DNA from: a virus
Reading direction: 5' to 3' (one strand)
Virus record (IMG/VR): IMGVR_UViG_3300027969_000045
Length of the DNA stretch: 64,000 nucleotides
Shown here: one piece after another, positions 49,646 through 59,242 of the stretch
Layout of the letters: every line of letters begins with the position of its first letter
Position numbering within the stretch: position 1 is the first letter of the stretch
Made by a program: the position numbers and the translations under genes
The notes under the pieces: model-generated
The model's database searches: none
The model's input: only the letters and a program-made list of their open reading frames with translations
What the model was told of the DNA's origin: nothing

Positions 49646-51148
49646 ATGGCAGTTGGAGCTTCTATGAATGAAACATTTTTTGCAATATATTATGTAATTG
49701 CAAAAAAATCTAAAGCAAATAATAAAAGGGATTTTATTTTAAATACTATTGAAATTAATCCTTCTTTTTGGAAAAATTCTTATCTTTTGCCCGGTACATT
49801 ATCCGGAGCTTTAAAAAAACTTGGAATAGATGATGAATTAAGTTCTTTGAATAGTGATATTAGAAGACTTGGTAGGGAAAGGCCCGAAGAAATTTATGAT
49901 TTTTTTGAAAGAAGAAAATGGGACGATTTGTTGAAACAGCAAACAATTAATTTTTCAAAAAATCCTAAAACTGCTTTCATACGAAATAATAATCTTTCAT
50001 TATTGAGAGGTAGTGAATTTTTAGAAAAATCAAATTTAAAAGAATTTTTAAAAAAATTTAGAAAAATTTATTTTGGAGTTTCTGGATTATATAAAGATGA
50101 AAGATGGAATCCAAGTGATATTTGGTTTTATAATCAAAATAGTTTAAAGGAAATACAGGATTACATATCTCAAACATCTATTATAAAAAATGATATAAAA
50201 AATAAAGAAATTATAAAAAATTTAGCATTAGAAGACATCAATGGTCTTAATCAATTAATATTTAAATTATATAAAGATAAAAATTTAGCCCCAATTTCAT
50301 TAAAAAAAGCTTCTCTTGGGGTTGCCGGAAGTTCTTCTTTAAATATTAGTTTGATAAATTCTCCCGAAAAACCATATAGATATAAACCATCACTGGAGAA
50401 AATTACAAACATTAAAAATTCAATAAACTCTAACTCATATGAAATCAATGGCGAACTTTCATTTCAAATAGAAGTAGAACATATTGTTTTAACTGAAACT
50501 GGAAAAAAAGTACCCAAAAAAATAATAGATAAAGTTTTTTATAATGATGCTGGTAATGGATTTAAATCTCAAACCAAAGGTGCCCCAGCTGCTGCAGGAC
50601 AAGTTGGAAAAAAAATAATAGAAAAAAATGTATATACTTCAAATGCATTAAAAAAAATATTAAATATTCGCAAATCAACTATTAAAAATAATTTTAACAA
50701 AAAGGATATAATTAGTAATATTCCTTTAAGTGGAAGAGCACAAAGTCCTACAACTAATTCATCTGTTGAATATTTACAAAAATTAGCAGAAGATGCAGAC
50801 CATTCTTTAATTAATAAAACACCTAATATAAAGTCTTACTTTCCCAACACGTCTGCTCAAGATAAACTTGAAATTAATTTTGCAATTGATAATGCAGGCA
50901 CAAAAAAAGAACAAGATGAAATTAGAATCAATCTTTGGGAATCTTGTACTAGTAGAGGAATTGTAGATAGAAAAGAATATGAAAAAATGGTTACTAGAAT
51001 TGGAGCAAGATTGCATAAAAAATCAAGAAAAAAAGGACAACAAAATATGACTATCCAAGAGGCAGAAAATTTAGCTAAAGATTTGATGAGGGCAAGAAAT
51101 GTCAATCCAACAAGAATACCATCTTCATTTCATATAAAATTATATTGA
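49646..51148 (+). CDS. Putative PD-(D/E)xK-like endonuclease
   Basis: N-terminal helix Glu (MNETF), WNPSDIW and PISLKK motifs; Lys/Asn-rich. Confidence 0.55.
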   Translation: MAVGASMNETFFAIYYVIAKKSKANNKRDFILNTIEINPSFWKNSYLLPGTLSGALKKLGIDDELSSLNSDIRRLGRERPEEIYDFFERRKWDDLLKQQTINFSKNPKTAFIRNNNLSLLRGSEFLEKSNLKEFLKKFRKIYFGVSGLYKDERWNPSDIWFYNQNSLKEIQDYISQTSIIKNDIKNKEIIKNLALEDINGLNQLIFKLYKDKNLAPISLKKASLGVAGSSSLNISLINSPEKPYRYKPSLEKITNIKNSINSNSYEINGELSFQIEVEHIVLTETGKKVPKKIIDKVFYNDAGNGFKSQTKGAPAAAGQVGKKIIEKNVYTSNALKKILNIRKSTIKNNFNKKDIISNIPLSGRAQSPTTNSSVEYLQKLAEDADHSLINKTPNIKSYFPNTSAQDKLEINFAIDNAGTKKEQDEIRINLWESCTSRGIVDRKEYEKMVTRIGARLHKKSRKKGQQNMTIQEAENLAKDLMRARNVNPTRIPSSFHIKLY

Positions 51149-51172
51149 ATAAATAACTAAAAACCAATATAA

Positions 51173-52366
51173 ATGAAGACTTTTGCCCAGTTTATAATAG
51201 AAGCACGAACTACTGCCGCATCCACGGAAGCAAAGAATCGTGGTCTTAAAAGTGATGCCCATGGAGATTATTACGATAATCAAGGAAATCTTGTAGCAAA
51301 AACTGTGGGAGGAAAGTTACAATATTTTGGTCAAGGTGGTGCCGGGGCACAACAGCAGCAACAAACACAACAAAGGACTTCACAAACATCATCACAACAA
51401 ACTGCGCCACAGCAGACTCAAACTGCACCACAGGAAGAGCAACAAGAACCAAATGGTGCAGTAATTGTATTGGGAAGATTCAATCCGCCATCCAAAAATC
51501 ACGAAGCACTTTTGAGATCGGGATATTCGCAAGCAAATAGAAGAAAATTTGAATATCGCATATACCCAAGTCGTATTCAGGATGATGCTACAAATCCATT
51601 GAATGTAAGACTTAAAGTTTCTTATATGCAATCAATGTATCCACAATATGCAGAATATATTGTGGATAGTGATAAGATGAAAACAATATTTGATGTTCTT
51701 GAATCTTTATATGGTGATGGATATACTGATGTAGTTATCGTTGTTGGTCAAGATAGACTTGGAGAATTTCAAAGTTTAGCACACAAAGGCGAAGGAGAAG
51801 CATATCAATTCAATACCATTCAGGTAATTTCTGCTGGTGTGAAAGATCCAGATAGTGATGTTGGAGGTGCTGGTTCTTCTGCGATGATGAGAACCGCTGC
51901 TGCTATGGGAGATTTTGAAAAGTTTTCAAGTGGCCTTCCCGCTACTATGAAGGTTAGTGAAAGAAAAGAAATGTTTAATACTATAAAAAGGTCTATGAAG
52001 GTAAATGAAAATACTGAATTATGGAAAATAGCGCCTGAACTTGATTATAATGGAATGAGATGGAACTATAAGAAAAATGGATTATTTGAGGTGGGAGCAT
52101 TCGTTGAAAATTTAAATACTGGATTAGTTGGAAGAATACTTCGCAAGGGGTCAAATCATCTTATCTGTGTGACAGAAGATGGAGTAATGTTTAAGAGTTG
52201 GTTAAGAGATTTGAGAGAAGTTCAAGAGATTGGAACTTGTGATTATAGAGCACACGCGCAATCAATGACGCCCGGACAACCAGTAGTTCCTTATACGGAT
52301 ACTGAAATTAAAATAACAGTACCAAAGAAAAAGATAAATACTAAAAGAAATAGTGGGTCTAAGTAA
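51173..52366 (+). CDS. Cytidylyltransferase-like nucleotidyltransferase with a capsid-targeting-like N-terminus
   Basis: GRFNPPSKNH (HIGH-like), NPL, VVGQDR, SSAMMR; begins MKTFAQFIIEA. Confidence 0.75.
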   Translation: MKTFAQFIIEARTTAASTEAKNRGLKSDAHGDYYDNQGNLVAKTVGGKLQYFGQGGAGAQQQQQTQQRTSQTSSQQTAPQQTQTAPQEEQQEPNGAVIVLGRFNPPSKNHEALLRSGYSQANRRKFEYRIYPSRIQDDATNPLNVRLKVSYMQSMYPQYAEYIVDSDKMKTIFDVLESLYGDGYTDVVIVVGQDRLGEFQSLAHKGEGEAYQFNTIQVISAGVKDPDSDVGGAGSSAMMRTAAAMGDFEKFSSGLPATMKVSERKEMFNTIKRSMKVNENTELWKIAPELDYNGMRWNYKKNGLFEVGAFVENLNTGLVGRILRKGSNHLICVTEDGVMFKSWLRDLREVQEIGTCDYRAHAQSMTPGQPVVPYTDTEIKITVPKKKINTKRNSGSK

Positions 52367-52370
52367 AAAA

Positions 52371-54293
52371 ATGAAGACTTGGAAAGAAATTATTACCGAA
52401 GCGAAAACAAAAAGAGAGCAACAACTTGCAGCTGCGACTGCACAACTTGCTGATAAAGACCCATCAATGCCAAAATCTCTTCAAAGTAAAGAAAAGAAAG
52501 CAAAAGACAAAAGAGACTATCAATCGGCTCATACCCAACTGTTGAGAGATATTCACCAGTTCAAAAAAGAAAAATATGAAGCACAAAAACAAGCACAAAT
52601 TGATAAATTAAAGAAACAGGGAGTAGAGAAACACGCAGCAGCAGCAAAAGCATCTATTTCTGGCATTAAAACCCAACAGATTAGTAGTCAAGATAAAGAA
52701 GGAACTGCATATTCCAAAGCAATGGGAAATGTAGGTTCTGCTGCTGCTGGCGTTGCTGGTGCAGCAGTTAATCTTACAAAGTTGACTTTTGCAAAAAGAA
52801 AAGCAAATGCAGCAGCAAATGCAGCAAAAAAAGCACAACCAGAAAAGAAAGAACCAGGGGCACCTGGAAGACCACCACAAGCAAATAAAACTGCACCAGC
52901 AACTCCTGGGACTGGATCTTCAAGTTCAGCACCTACGCCAAAAGCAACTGCACCAGCAACTAGACCCGCTGGACCCAAAGGACCTTCTGGACCATCGGGA
53001 CCAGCAGCAATGAGACCAAAAGGACCTTCTGGACCAAAAGGACCATCGGGACCAGCAGCAATGAGACCAAAAGGACCGGGATCTAATGTATCAACCGGAC
53101 AAAAACCAACTGCGCCAGCATCAACAACACCAACAGTTCCAGCGAAACGTGTTGTGCATAAAGCACCAACCGCATTTGGATTTCCTGTTGGTCGTTTAGC
53201 TACAGCAACTGCAGTTGCTGGTAAAACTTTATCCGGAAAATTTCATACTATTGGACGAGGAGGAGAAAATCCACTCAGCAAAAGAATTGATAAAGCCAAT
53301 GCGGTAAAAAGACCATATAAAGGAAATACGTCAAATATTAGAGAAAAATATTCCAATTGGAGAGATGAATTGCTCACCGAACAGGGATTGATTATTGAAA
53401 TTGATGATTTTGGATTAAAAGATAACAAAAAAGAAAAAGGAGAGAAAAAGATTATTGACGTGATGAAAGGAAAGAATAAGATTGATATTAATCCAAATGA
53501 AACTTCGGTTAAAGAAGAGGTGTCTGGTGTGGATACTCAACAAAATCCAAATCAAGCAAATGATTTAGAAAAAAAACAAAAAGCAATACAAAGACAAATC
53601 TTATTGAAAAAAATACAGTCATTATCTGTTCCTGGTCCAACTGATATTACTGCATCTTATGACCCAAGAATTGAAGAGGCATATAAAGACGAAGAAGGCG
53701 GAATGTCCCGCAATGAACTTTCTACTGTGGAAAGAGCAATCAAATCTCTTCGTAAAAAAATAAAGTCTAATAATCAACAGTTGCCTGCTTGGGTCCAATC
53801 TAAAATCACAAAAGCAGCAGACTATATTGATACTGCTGCAGATTATATGTCAGGTGAAACTGAACAAGTTAAAGAAGCATATGATGATGACAATGAAACT
53901 TTCCGTCAGCATTCTCGTGAGAGATTTACTGCTGGTCCTGCTGATGATGATGGAGCACAAAGAACTTCTAGAATTCTTCAAAGAATGAAAGAAATGAATA
54001 AAGATGCTGAACCAAAGAAAAAGAAAAAGAAAAAAAAAAATAAACTAAAAGAAGAAGGACCCGTATTATCTGTTGGTAGAGGTGAAAAACTTTCAGTAGA
54101 AAAGGGTGGTGGACTTACTCAAAAAGGCAGAGATAAATATAATCGTGCTACTGGTTCGCATCTTCAAGCACCAGTAACTGGTGATGTAAAACCAGGAAGT
54201 AAAGCAGCAAAACGTAGAAAAAACTTCTGTTCTCGTAGTAGAAGTTGGCATGGTGAAAGAGGATTAGCAGCAAGAAGACGTTGGAAGTGTTAG
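52371..54293 (+). CDS. Modular low-complexity protein with a capsid-targeting-like N-terminus
   Basis: MKTWKEIITEA start (ATG 52371); Pro/Ala/Gly-rich middle; LPAWVQSKIT.AADY module; C-terminal GGLTQKGR...RRKNFCSR...RWKC module. Confidence 0.7.
   Translation: MKTWKEIITEAKTKREQQLAAATAQLADKDPSMPKSLQSKEKKAKDKRDYQSAHTQLLRDIHQFKKEKYEAQKQAQIDKLKKQGVEKHAAAAKASISGIKTQQISSQDKEGTAYSKAMGNVGSAAAGVAGAAVNLTKLTFAKRKANAAANAAKKAQPEKKEPGAPGRPPQANKTAPATPGTGSSSSAPTPKATAPATRPAGPKGPSGPSGPAAMRPKGPSGPKGPSGPAAMRPKGPGSNVSTGQKPTAPASTTPTVPAKRVVHKAPTAFGFPVGRLATATAVAGKTLSGKFHTIGRGGENPLSKRIDKANAVKRPYKGNTSNIREKYSNWRDELLTEQGLIIEIDDFGLKDNKKEKGEKKIIDVMKGKNKIDINPNETSVKEEVSGVDTQQNPNQANDLEKKQKAIQRQILLKKIQSLSVPGPTDITASYDPRIEEAYKDEEGGMSRNELSTVERAIKSLRKKIKSNNQQLPAWVQSKITKAADYIDTAADYMSGETEQVKEAYDDDNETFRQHSRERFTAGPADDDGAQRTSRILQRMKEMNKDAEPKKKKKKKKNKLKEEGPVLSVGRGEKLSVEKGGGLTQKGRDKYNRATGSHLQAPVTGDVKPGSKAAKRRKNFCSRSRSWHGERGLAARRRWKC
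52971..53077 (+). repeat. In-frame tandem duplication encoding collagen-like GPx repeats
   Basis: 38-nt ggaccatcgggaccagcagcaatgagaccaaaaggacc at 52989 and 53040 (51-nt period). Confidence 0.85.
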
Positions 54294-54294
54294 T

Positions 54295-55311
54295 ATGTCT
54301 CAAGATTTGAATGATTTTTTTAAATTATTAGCAGAAGATAAGAAACAAAAAAAAGAAGAATTTGATAATCTTGTAGGAGATTTGGGATTAAATTCTCTTT
54401 TTGGTGAATTTGCTGCAATTAAAAAAGAACAAAAAGAAAAAAAGATAGAAGAAAAGAAAAAAACAGAATCTATTATTGGTGAACTTACTTTAGATTCTGT
54501 TTTTAAAGAAGTTGTTAATTTAAAAAAAGAAACAAAAAAGAAAAAAGTACAAGAACAAAAAACAATCCAAGCATTTGAAACTTGGTTATATTCTGATTCT
54601 GTATTGGAACAAGATGAAATAATCAATGAAGTTATTGAAGAATCTTTGGAAGAAGTTCTTGAGGTTCTTGAAGATAACAAAGAAGAATTGGAAGAATTTA
54701 ATAAAATTGAAGAACCAACATTAATTGAAAAATCATTAGGTCTTCTTGCCGAACCAAGTGATGTCAAGCAACAAAATGACCCATTAACTCCATTAGATCA
54801 AAAGTTCGCAACACTTGATGATTTACAAAAACATTACAGTACTTTCCTTTCTCGTATTCAACAACAACTTTCCACATTAGGTGGAGGGGGAGAAACCAGA
54901 TTAAGATACTTGGATGATATTGTAGGTATTGCAACGAATTCTGGTGCTTATGATGGAAAGTATTTGCAATGGAACTCTACTACTAATAAAGCAGAATTTA
55001 CTGACCCAAGTGATTCAGAATCTACAACAATAGTTTCAATTACTGGAATTACCACTTACTATCAGGCAACCGATAATGATGATTATATTGGTGTCAATGC
55101 TAGTGTTCCTGTAACAATAGTTCTTCCAACATCTCCAAATACTGGAAAAAAAATCATCGTCAAAGATGAGGGAAATAATATATCTACATATAGTATTAGA
55201 GTTCAATCAGGTATTGGTAAAAGTGTAGAAAACGATACTTCTGTGATTATGTCTATCAATCATCAATCACTAACATATTTTTTTAATGGAAACAATTGGT
55301 TTATTATCTAA
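54295..55311 (+). CDS. Hypothetical protein: charged coiled-coil N-terminus, structural beta-rich C-terminus
   Basis: QQQLSTLGGGGETRLRYLDD motif; VTIVLP...GKKIIVKDEG tail-like domain. Confidence 0.65.
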   Translation: MSQDLNDFFKLLAEDKKQKKEEFDNLVGDLGLNSLFGEFAAIKKEQKEKKIEEKKKTESIIGELTLDSVFKEVVNLKKETKKKKVQEQKTIQAFETWLYSDSVLEQDEIINEVIEESLEEVLEVLEDNKEELEEFNKIEEPTLIEKSLGLLAEPSDVKQQNDPLTPLDQKFATLDDLQKHYSTFLSRIQQQLSTLGGGGETRLRYLDDIVGIATNSGAYDGKYLQWNSTTNKAEFTDPSDSESTTIVSITGITTYYQATDNDDYIGVNASVPVTIVLPTSPNTGKKIIVKDEGNNISTYSIRVQSGIGKSVENDTSVIMSINHQSLTYFFNGNNWFII

Positions 55312-55322
55312 CTAAATATCAA

Positions 55323-55400
55323 TACCTGTGTGGTTCGCATCTATCAGGTGGAAAGGGTGCTTTCGGGCACCTTTTCTTGTATAAATAGTATTGCGAACCA
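55323..55400 (+). promoter_or_regulatory. Structured leader with late promoter for GIY-YIG copy 2
   Basis: tggttcgca (55331-55339) pairs with tgcgaacca (55392-55400); 11-bp UUCG hairpin 55351-55376; TATAAATA 55380-55387. Confidence 0.7.
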
Positions 55401-55413
55401 TAACAGAATAAAA

Positions 55414-55980
55414 ATGATTTATTACACTTACGCATATTTGCGGGTAGATAGAACACCTTATTACATAGGAAAAGGAAAAGGTAATAGGGCATATAGAAGA
55501 AGATATAAAGGTGAAGTAAGAGCACCAAAGGATAAGTCAAGAATAATTTTCCTAAAACAAAACTTAACCGAAGAAGAAGCATTTAAGCACGAAATCTATA
55601 TGATTGCCGTGTTCGGCAGGATAGATTTAGGAACTGGTATTCTTCACAATAGAACTGATGGTGGTGAAGGTGCTTCTGGTGCTATAAGAAGTGAAGAAAC
55701 AAAATTAAAAATGAGAACTCCTAAAAAAACAACAATAAATATGAAAAAACCAAAAAGTGAGGAGCATAAGAAAAAAATAGGATTGCGTAGAAAAGGAAAA
55801 AAACACACGGAAGAAGCAAGAAAAAAAATGAGTGATGCTCAGGTTAGGAGAATTATCACTGATGAATTTAGAGAAAAAATTCAAAAAAGTAGAATGGGAA
55901 GAAAACATTCCGAAGAAACAAAACAAAAAATGAGAGAAAAAGCATTATTAAGAGAAGAACTAAAACGGAACAATAAATAA
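55414..55980 (+). CDS. Free-standing GIY-YIG homing endonuclease with NUMOD3-like repeats
   Basis: YTYAYLR...PYYIGKG; catalytic domain nearly identical to the 37049 copy; start at ATG 55414. Confidence 0.9.
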   Translation: MIYYTYAYLRVDRTPYYIGKGKGNRAYRRRYKGEVRAPKDKSRIIFLKQNLTEEEAFKHEIYMIAVFGRIDLGTGILHNRTDGGEGASGAIRSEETKLKMRTPKKTTINMKKPKSEEHKKKIGLRRKGKKHTEEARKKMSDAQVRRIITDEFREKIQKSRMGRKHSEETKQKMREKALLREELKRNNK

Positions 55981-55998
55981 GGTATCAATATAATTGTT

Positions 55999-56775
55999 AT
56001 GTCTTATAATCCACTTCCCCAACCAGCACAATCCGTAGTTTTTACTGGGGCAGGAAATACAGTAGTAAGTTTTTCCAATCCATTTCCAGTATCGTTGGGT
56101 TCTTCCAATATTACGATTACTGGTAATGTAAATGTTGGAACCACAGTATCAGTCACAAGTTCTCCACAAAATCCAAATCATGTACATCTTACAGAAGTTG
56201 GAACATCAGGAATTCTAACAACACCATACCTTCCAGTAGGTATATCAACTTTTAATAATATTATAGTTGTCAAACAACCTGAAGGCAGTTTATATTCATT
56301 TAACAATCACGCAACAAATACAAATCGTGGTTGGACTATGGATGATACAATGAGACCCGTAATGAGTATTAGAGTAAATAGTTCTGGAACTACTATATCA
56401 GATTTGGCAGAAATTACAGAATATGAAATTGGAAATAATAACGCCAATCAAAGTACTATCATCTATGAGTGGTATGAGGGTGATATTAATATTGCTGGAG
56501 CAGCAATTCCTGCTTGGAATTCATTAGGAACAAAATTACAATATAGAGTATATCAAGATAAGTATAGTACTAATACGGGAAATACCTTCACACAAAATAG
56601 TTCTGTTATGAGACATAGTGGAGTTATTATTGGAAAAAATACTTCAGGTGATGAAGGACCATCAACTATGCATGGTGGAGCATCTCCAAATATGCTTACA
56701 CTTTGTATGAAAAGAGTTGATAATTCAACAAAATTAGATGTTTGGTTTGCTTTTACTTGTAAGGAATTATCGTAA
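55999..56775 (+). CDS. Putative virion structural protein
   Basis: Ser/Thr/Asn-rich; NPFPVSLG motif; AATAAATA upstream. Confidence 0.55.
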   Translation: MSYNPLPQPAQSVVFTGAGNTVVSFSNPFPVSLGSSNITITGNVNVGTTVSVTSSPQNPNHVHLTEVGTSGILTTPYLPVGISTFNNIIVVKQPEGSLYSFNNHATNTNRGWTMDDTMRPVMSIRVNSSGTTISDLAEITEYEIGNNNANQSTIIYEWYEGDINIAGAAIPAWNSLGTKLQYRVYQDKYSTNTGNTFTQNSSVMRHSGVIIGKNTSGDEGPSTMHGGASPNMLTLCMKRVDNSTKLDVWFAFTCKELS

Positions 56776-56854
56776 ATAGTAATAATTACTTCTATGAATG
56801 TTATTGGGAACTTGTAAGTAATAAATAAGATAGGATACTTCACCGGAGGTTATT

Positions 56855-57040
56855 ATGTCTACAGCACTAATACTTGGATTTTTTAAAGCAAATCCAACAC
56901 TCATTTTAACTATTCTTTTTGCAGTTTCGGAAGCACTTGGAGCAAATCCAAAAGTCAAAGCAAACGGTCTTCTTTCACTTATTCTTTTACAAGTCCAAGG
57001 ACAACTAAAAGGCAAAGGTGCTAAAGATTTGACACCTTAA
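56855..57040 (+). CDS. Small hydrophobic membrane protein (holin-like candidate)
   Basis: GGAGG RBS; two hydrophobic segments flanking SEALGANPKVKANG; basic C-terminus. Confidence 0.55.
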   Translation: MSTALILGFFKANPTLILTILFAVSEALGANPKVKANGLLSLILLQVQGQLKGKGAKDLTP

Positions 57041-57061
57041 ATATAAATCAAATATATCACT

Positions 57062-57096
57062 AAATGGAGACTTAATTTATAGGTCTCCATTTTTTT
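57062..57096 (+). terminator. Rho-independent terminator followed directly by a late promoter
   Basis: aaatggagactt / aggtctccattt plus T run; TATAAATA 57096-57103. Confidence 0.8.
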
Positions 57097-57129
57097 ATAA
57101 ATAAAAATAGGAAACTTACGGAAAAGAGA

Positions 57130-58155
57130 ATGGCACTCTGGGGCATTTCAACAACATCGGAAACTGCGGCAAACAATTACGCTATTCCAAAATTCCAATC
57201 TGAGACTGATCGTAACAGAAGTCCTTGGAATACATTTGCAGATGTTCGTGGTTGGGTTCAAAGAAGATACAAGACTAAAGTAAATTCAGGAATTTCTACT
57301 CGTTACTTTGACGAAGTTTTAGTTCCAGTTGTTGGATTGAATAGTACTGCAGCAGTAGGAGGAACTACTGGTATTGGTACTGCCGGTCCAGTCGCAGTTT
57401 TCTTTGAAGATCCTAACCAAGCATCACCAATTTCTGTAGGTGGTGGTGGAACTACTGGTATTGCTACGAATACTACTGGTTATGTTCATTTAGTGTTCAA
57501 TGAACTTGTATTTGCTGGTGCTGGTGCAACAGTTAGAATTCGTACCTTTGATGCAAATAATGCTAACGAATCAACAGCAATTGTTGGAACTGCAGTATCA
57601 AATACTGGAACTCAATATGCTTGGGCGGGACCTGCTGCTAATCACGGTTCGCCAAATGTATATACTGGATTTAATGGTCAAATTACAAACCGAGTAGCAT
57701 TTGCATTCACTACACCAAGTACTGTTTTGACTGCACAAGTTGCAATCTCAACAACATTGACTACAACAGGACAAACTGTTGCTGTTGGTGCAACTAACAT
57801 TTTTGTTGATTCGGTAACAGGTGTTTCTATTGGAAGTTCCCTCACAGTTGCAGGCAAACTTGCAAATGTTCCTATTGTTGCTGTTGGAACTACCACCGTT
57901 CAGATTGGAACTGCAAGCACAATTGCAACAACGATTACTCAAGGACTTGGAGTTACATTCAGCACAAGAACTGTTGCTACTAAATTGTTTATTGATATTC
58001 CAAGTGGATTTGTTGGTGTAATTACTGACGGATCAAATGGTGTTGGTGTAATTAATTCATTCACTTCACAATTTGGAGACCTTCTTCGTAATGTTGGTGG
58101 TGCAGGAACTACTGGATCTGTTGGACTTGGAACTACTACATTAACTGTTAGATAA
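57130..58155 (+). CDS. Putative virion structural/decoration protein
   Basis: MALWG start, Thr/Gly-rich Ig-like composition, own late promoter. Confidence 0.6.
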   Translation: MALWGISTTSETAANNYAIPKFQSETDRNRSPWNTFADVRGWVQRRYKTKVNSGISTRYFDEVLVPVVGLNSTAAVGGTTGIGTAGPVAVFFEDPNQASPISVGGGGTTGIATNTTGYVHLVFNELVFAGAGATVRIRTFDANNANESTAIVGTAVSNTGTQYAWAGPAANHGSPNVYTGFNGQITNRVAFAFTTPSTVLTAQVAISTTLTTTGQTVAVGATNIFVDSVTGVSIGSSLTVAGKLANVPIVAVGTTTVQIGTASTIATTITQGLGVTFSTRTVATKLFIDIPSGFVGVITDGSNGVGVINSFTSQFGDLLRNVGGAGTTGSVGLGTTTLTVR

Positions 58156-58162
58156 AAATTAA

Positions 58163-58534
58163 ATGAAATTTGATGAATTGAACGAAGAAAATTATATAAT
58201 CTTTGCTATCAAACACTACGAAAATCCTCAAGCAATGACGCAAGAGGATTTTTTTGAAGATATGAAAAGATTTAAGTGGATTAAACGACTTCTAAACAAA
58301 TACAAAAACACAGGTGAATTGAATATTCATCTAATTATTAATCATTTTATGGTTCTTTATAATGTATTTGGTGAAGCAGCAACACCTTTATTATTTTATA
58401 AATTGAATAAAGAATTGTGGAGTATATTGAAAACTTTTGTTTTGTACCTTGGAAGACTTCCAGAGTATCCAAAGACATCTATACACGATATACCAATTGA
58501 TATTGAATGTCTTAAAATTTTAAAATCAATCTAA
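58163..58534 (+). CDS. Conserved hypothetical T4-like phage protein
   Basis: FAIKHYENPQ...DMKRFKWIKRLL...LIINH...LYNVFG. Confidence 0.7.
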   Translation: MKFDELNEENYIIFAIKHYENPQAMTQEDFFEDMKRFKWIKRLLNKYKNTGELNIHLIINHFMVLYNVFGEAATPLLFYKLNKELWSILKTFVLYLGRLPEYPKTSIHDIPIDIECLKILKSI

Positions 58535-58755
58535 TGAAAGAAGAAACTCTTTTAAAATTTATTAATATTGTTCGTAATCTTCGTGAGGATGGTGAAATGG
58601 TTATTACTAATAATGCATCAAGTGGAAAAATTGCGGGATTGCCACCGGATAATCCTCCGGTCTTTAAGAATAGAAAAACTGAACCAAAAAGAAAAAATCG
58701 CAATCCATTTTTTAAAAATTTAGATCAAATAGAAAGACGAAACCCACCGCAATAG
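58534..58755 (+). CDS. Hypothetical protein
   Basis: TAATG coupling; NNASSGKIAGLPPDNPPV. Confidence 0.6.
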   Translation: MKEETLLKFINIVRNLREDGEMVITNNASSGKIAGLPPDNPPVFKNRKTEPKRKNRNPFFKNLDQIERRNPPQ

Positions 58756-58759
58756 AAAA

Positions 58760-59224
58760 ATGTTCAATCAAAACGTTACCTCTGATACAAAGATAGCTGT
58801 TCTAGAAGAAAGATTATCTGTATATGAGCAGATGGTAAGTAGGATTGACATAGCAATTCAAAAAATTAGTGAGACTAATCAAGGAATTAGCAAAATGCTC
58901 ACAATTCACAATGAAAGAATTGAGCAATCAATTAGAACTGATGATATAATTGTAAAAATGATAGAAGATATGAAAATATCGTCAAAAATACAACACGAAG
59001 CAATCAGTGAAGAGATAGGGGAAAGAATAGAAAAATTAGAAAAAAAGGTAGAACACATATCACAAATAAAATGGATGACAGTTGGTTGTGGTGTGATTCT
59101 TGCTATACTTACGACGGCAATTTCATCTCTTGCTTCTGGAATGTGGACTCCTTCTGGAATGCAACAAAATAAAACAAATCAAAGTCAAAGTTTGACCGTA
59201 CCAAATATTCGTGCTAGCATATAA
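58760..59224 (+). CDS. Coiled-coil protein with a C-terminal transmembrane helix
   Basis: Heptad pattern, then WMTVGCGVILAILTTAISSLA. Confidence 0.65.
   Translation: MFNQNVTSDTKIAVLEERLSVYEQMVSRIDIAIQKISETNQGISKMLTIHNERIEQSIRTDDIIVKMIEDMKISSKIQHEAISEEIGERIEKLEKKVEHISQIKWMTVGCGVILAILTTAISSLASGMWTPSGMQQNKTNQSQSLTVPNIRASI
59192..59220 (+). promoter_or_regulatory. Sigma70-like early promoter for primase/nrd
   Basis: TTGACC-N17-TAGCAT with TG extension. Confidence 0.55.
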
Positions 59225-59242
59225 GTCCTGAACTTTTTGTGA

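Noticed and set aside
52971-53077. CRISPR-like or non-coding repeat
   Set aside because: Only two copies, in frame, encoding Gly-Pro repeats
55323-55400. HDV-like ribozyme in the GIY-YIG leaders
   Set aside because: The P1/P2/P4-like order is similar, but only 5 nt lie where P3/L3 should be and no catalytic C motif is evident
55317-55990. 8-bp direct repeat tatcaata flanking the GIY-YIG as a target-site duplication
   Set aside because: Too short and AT-rich to distinguish from chance
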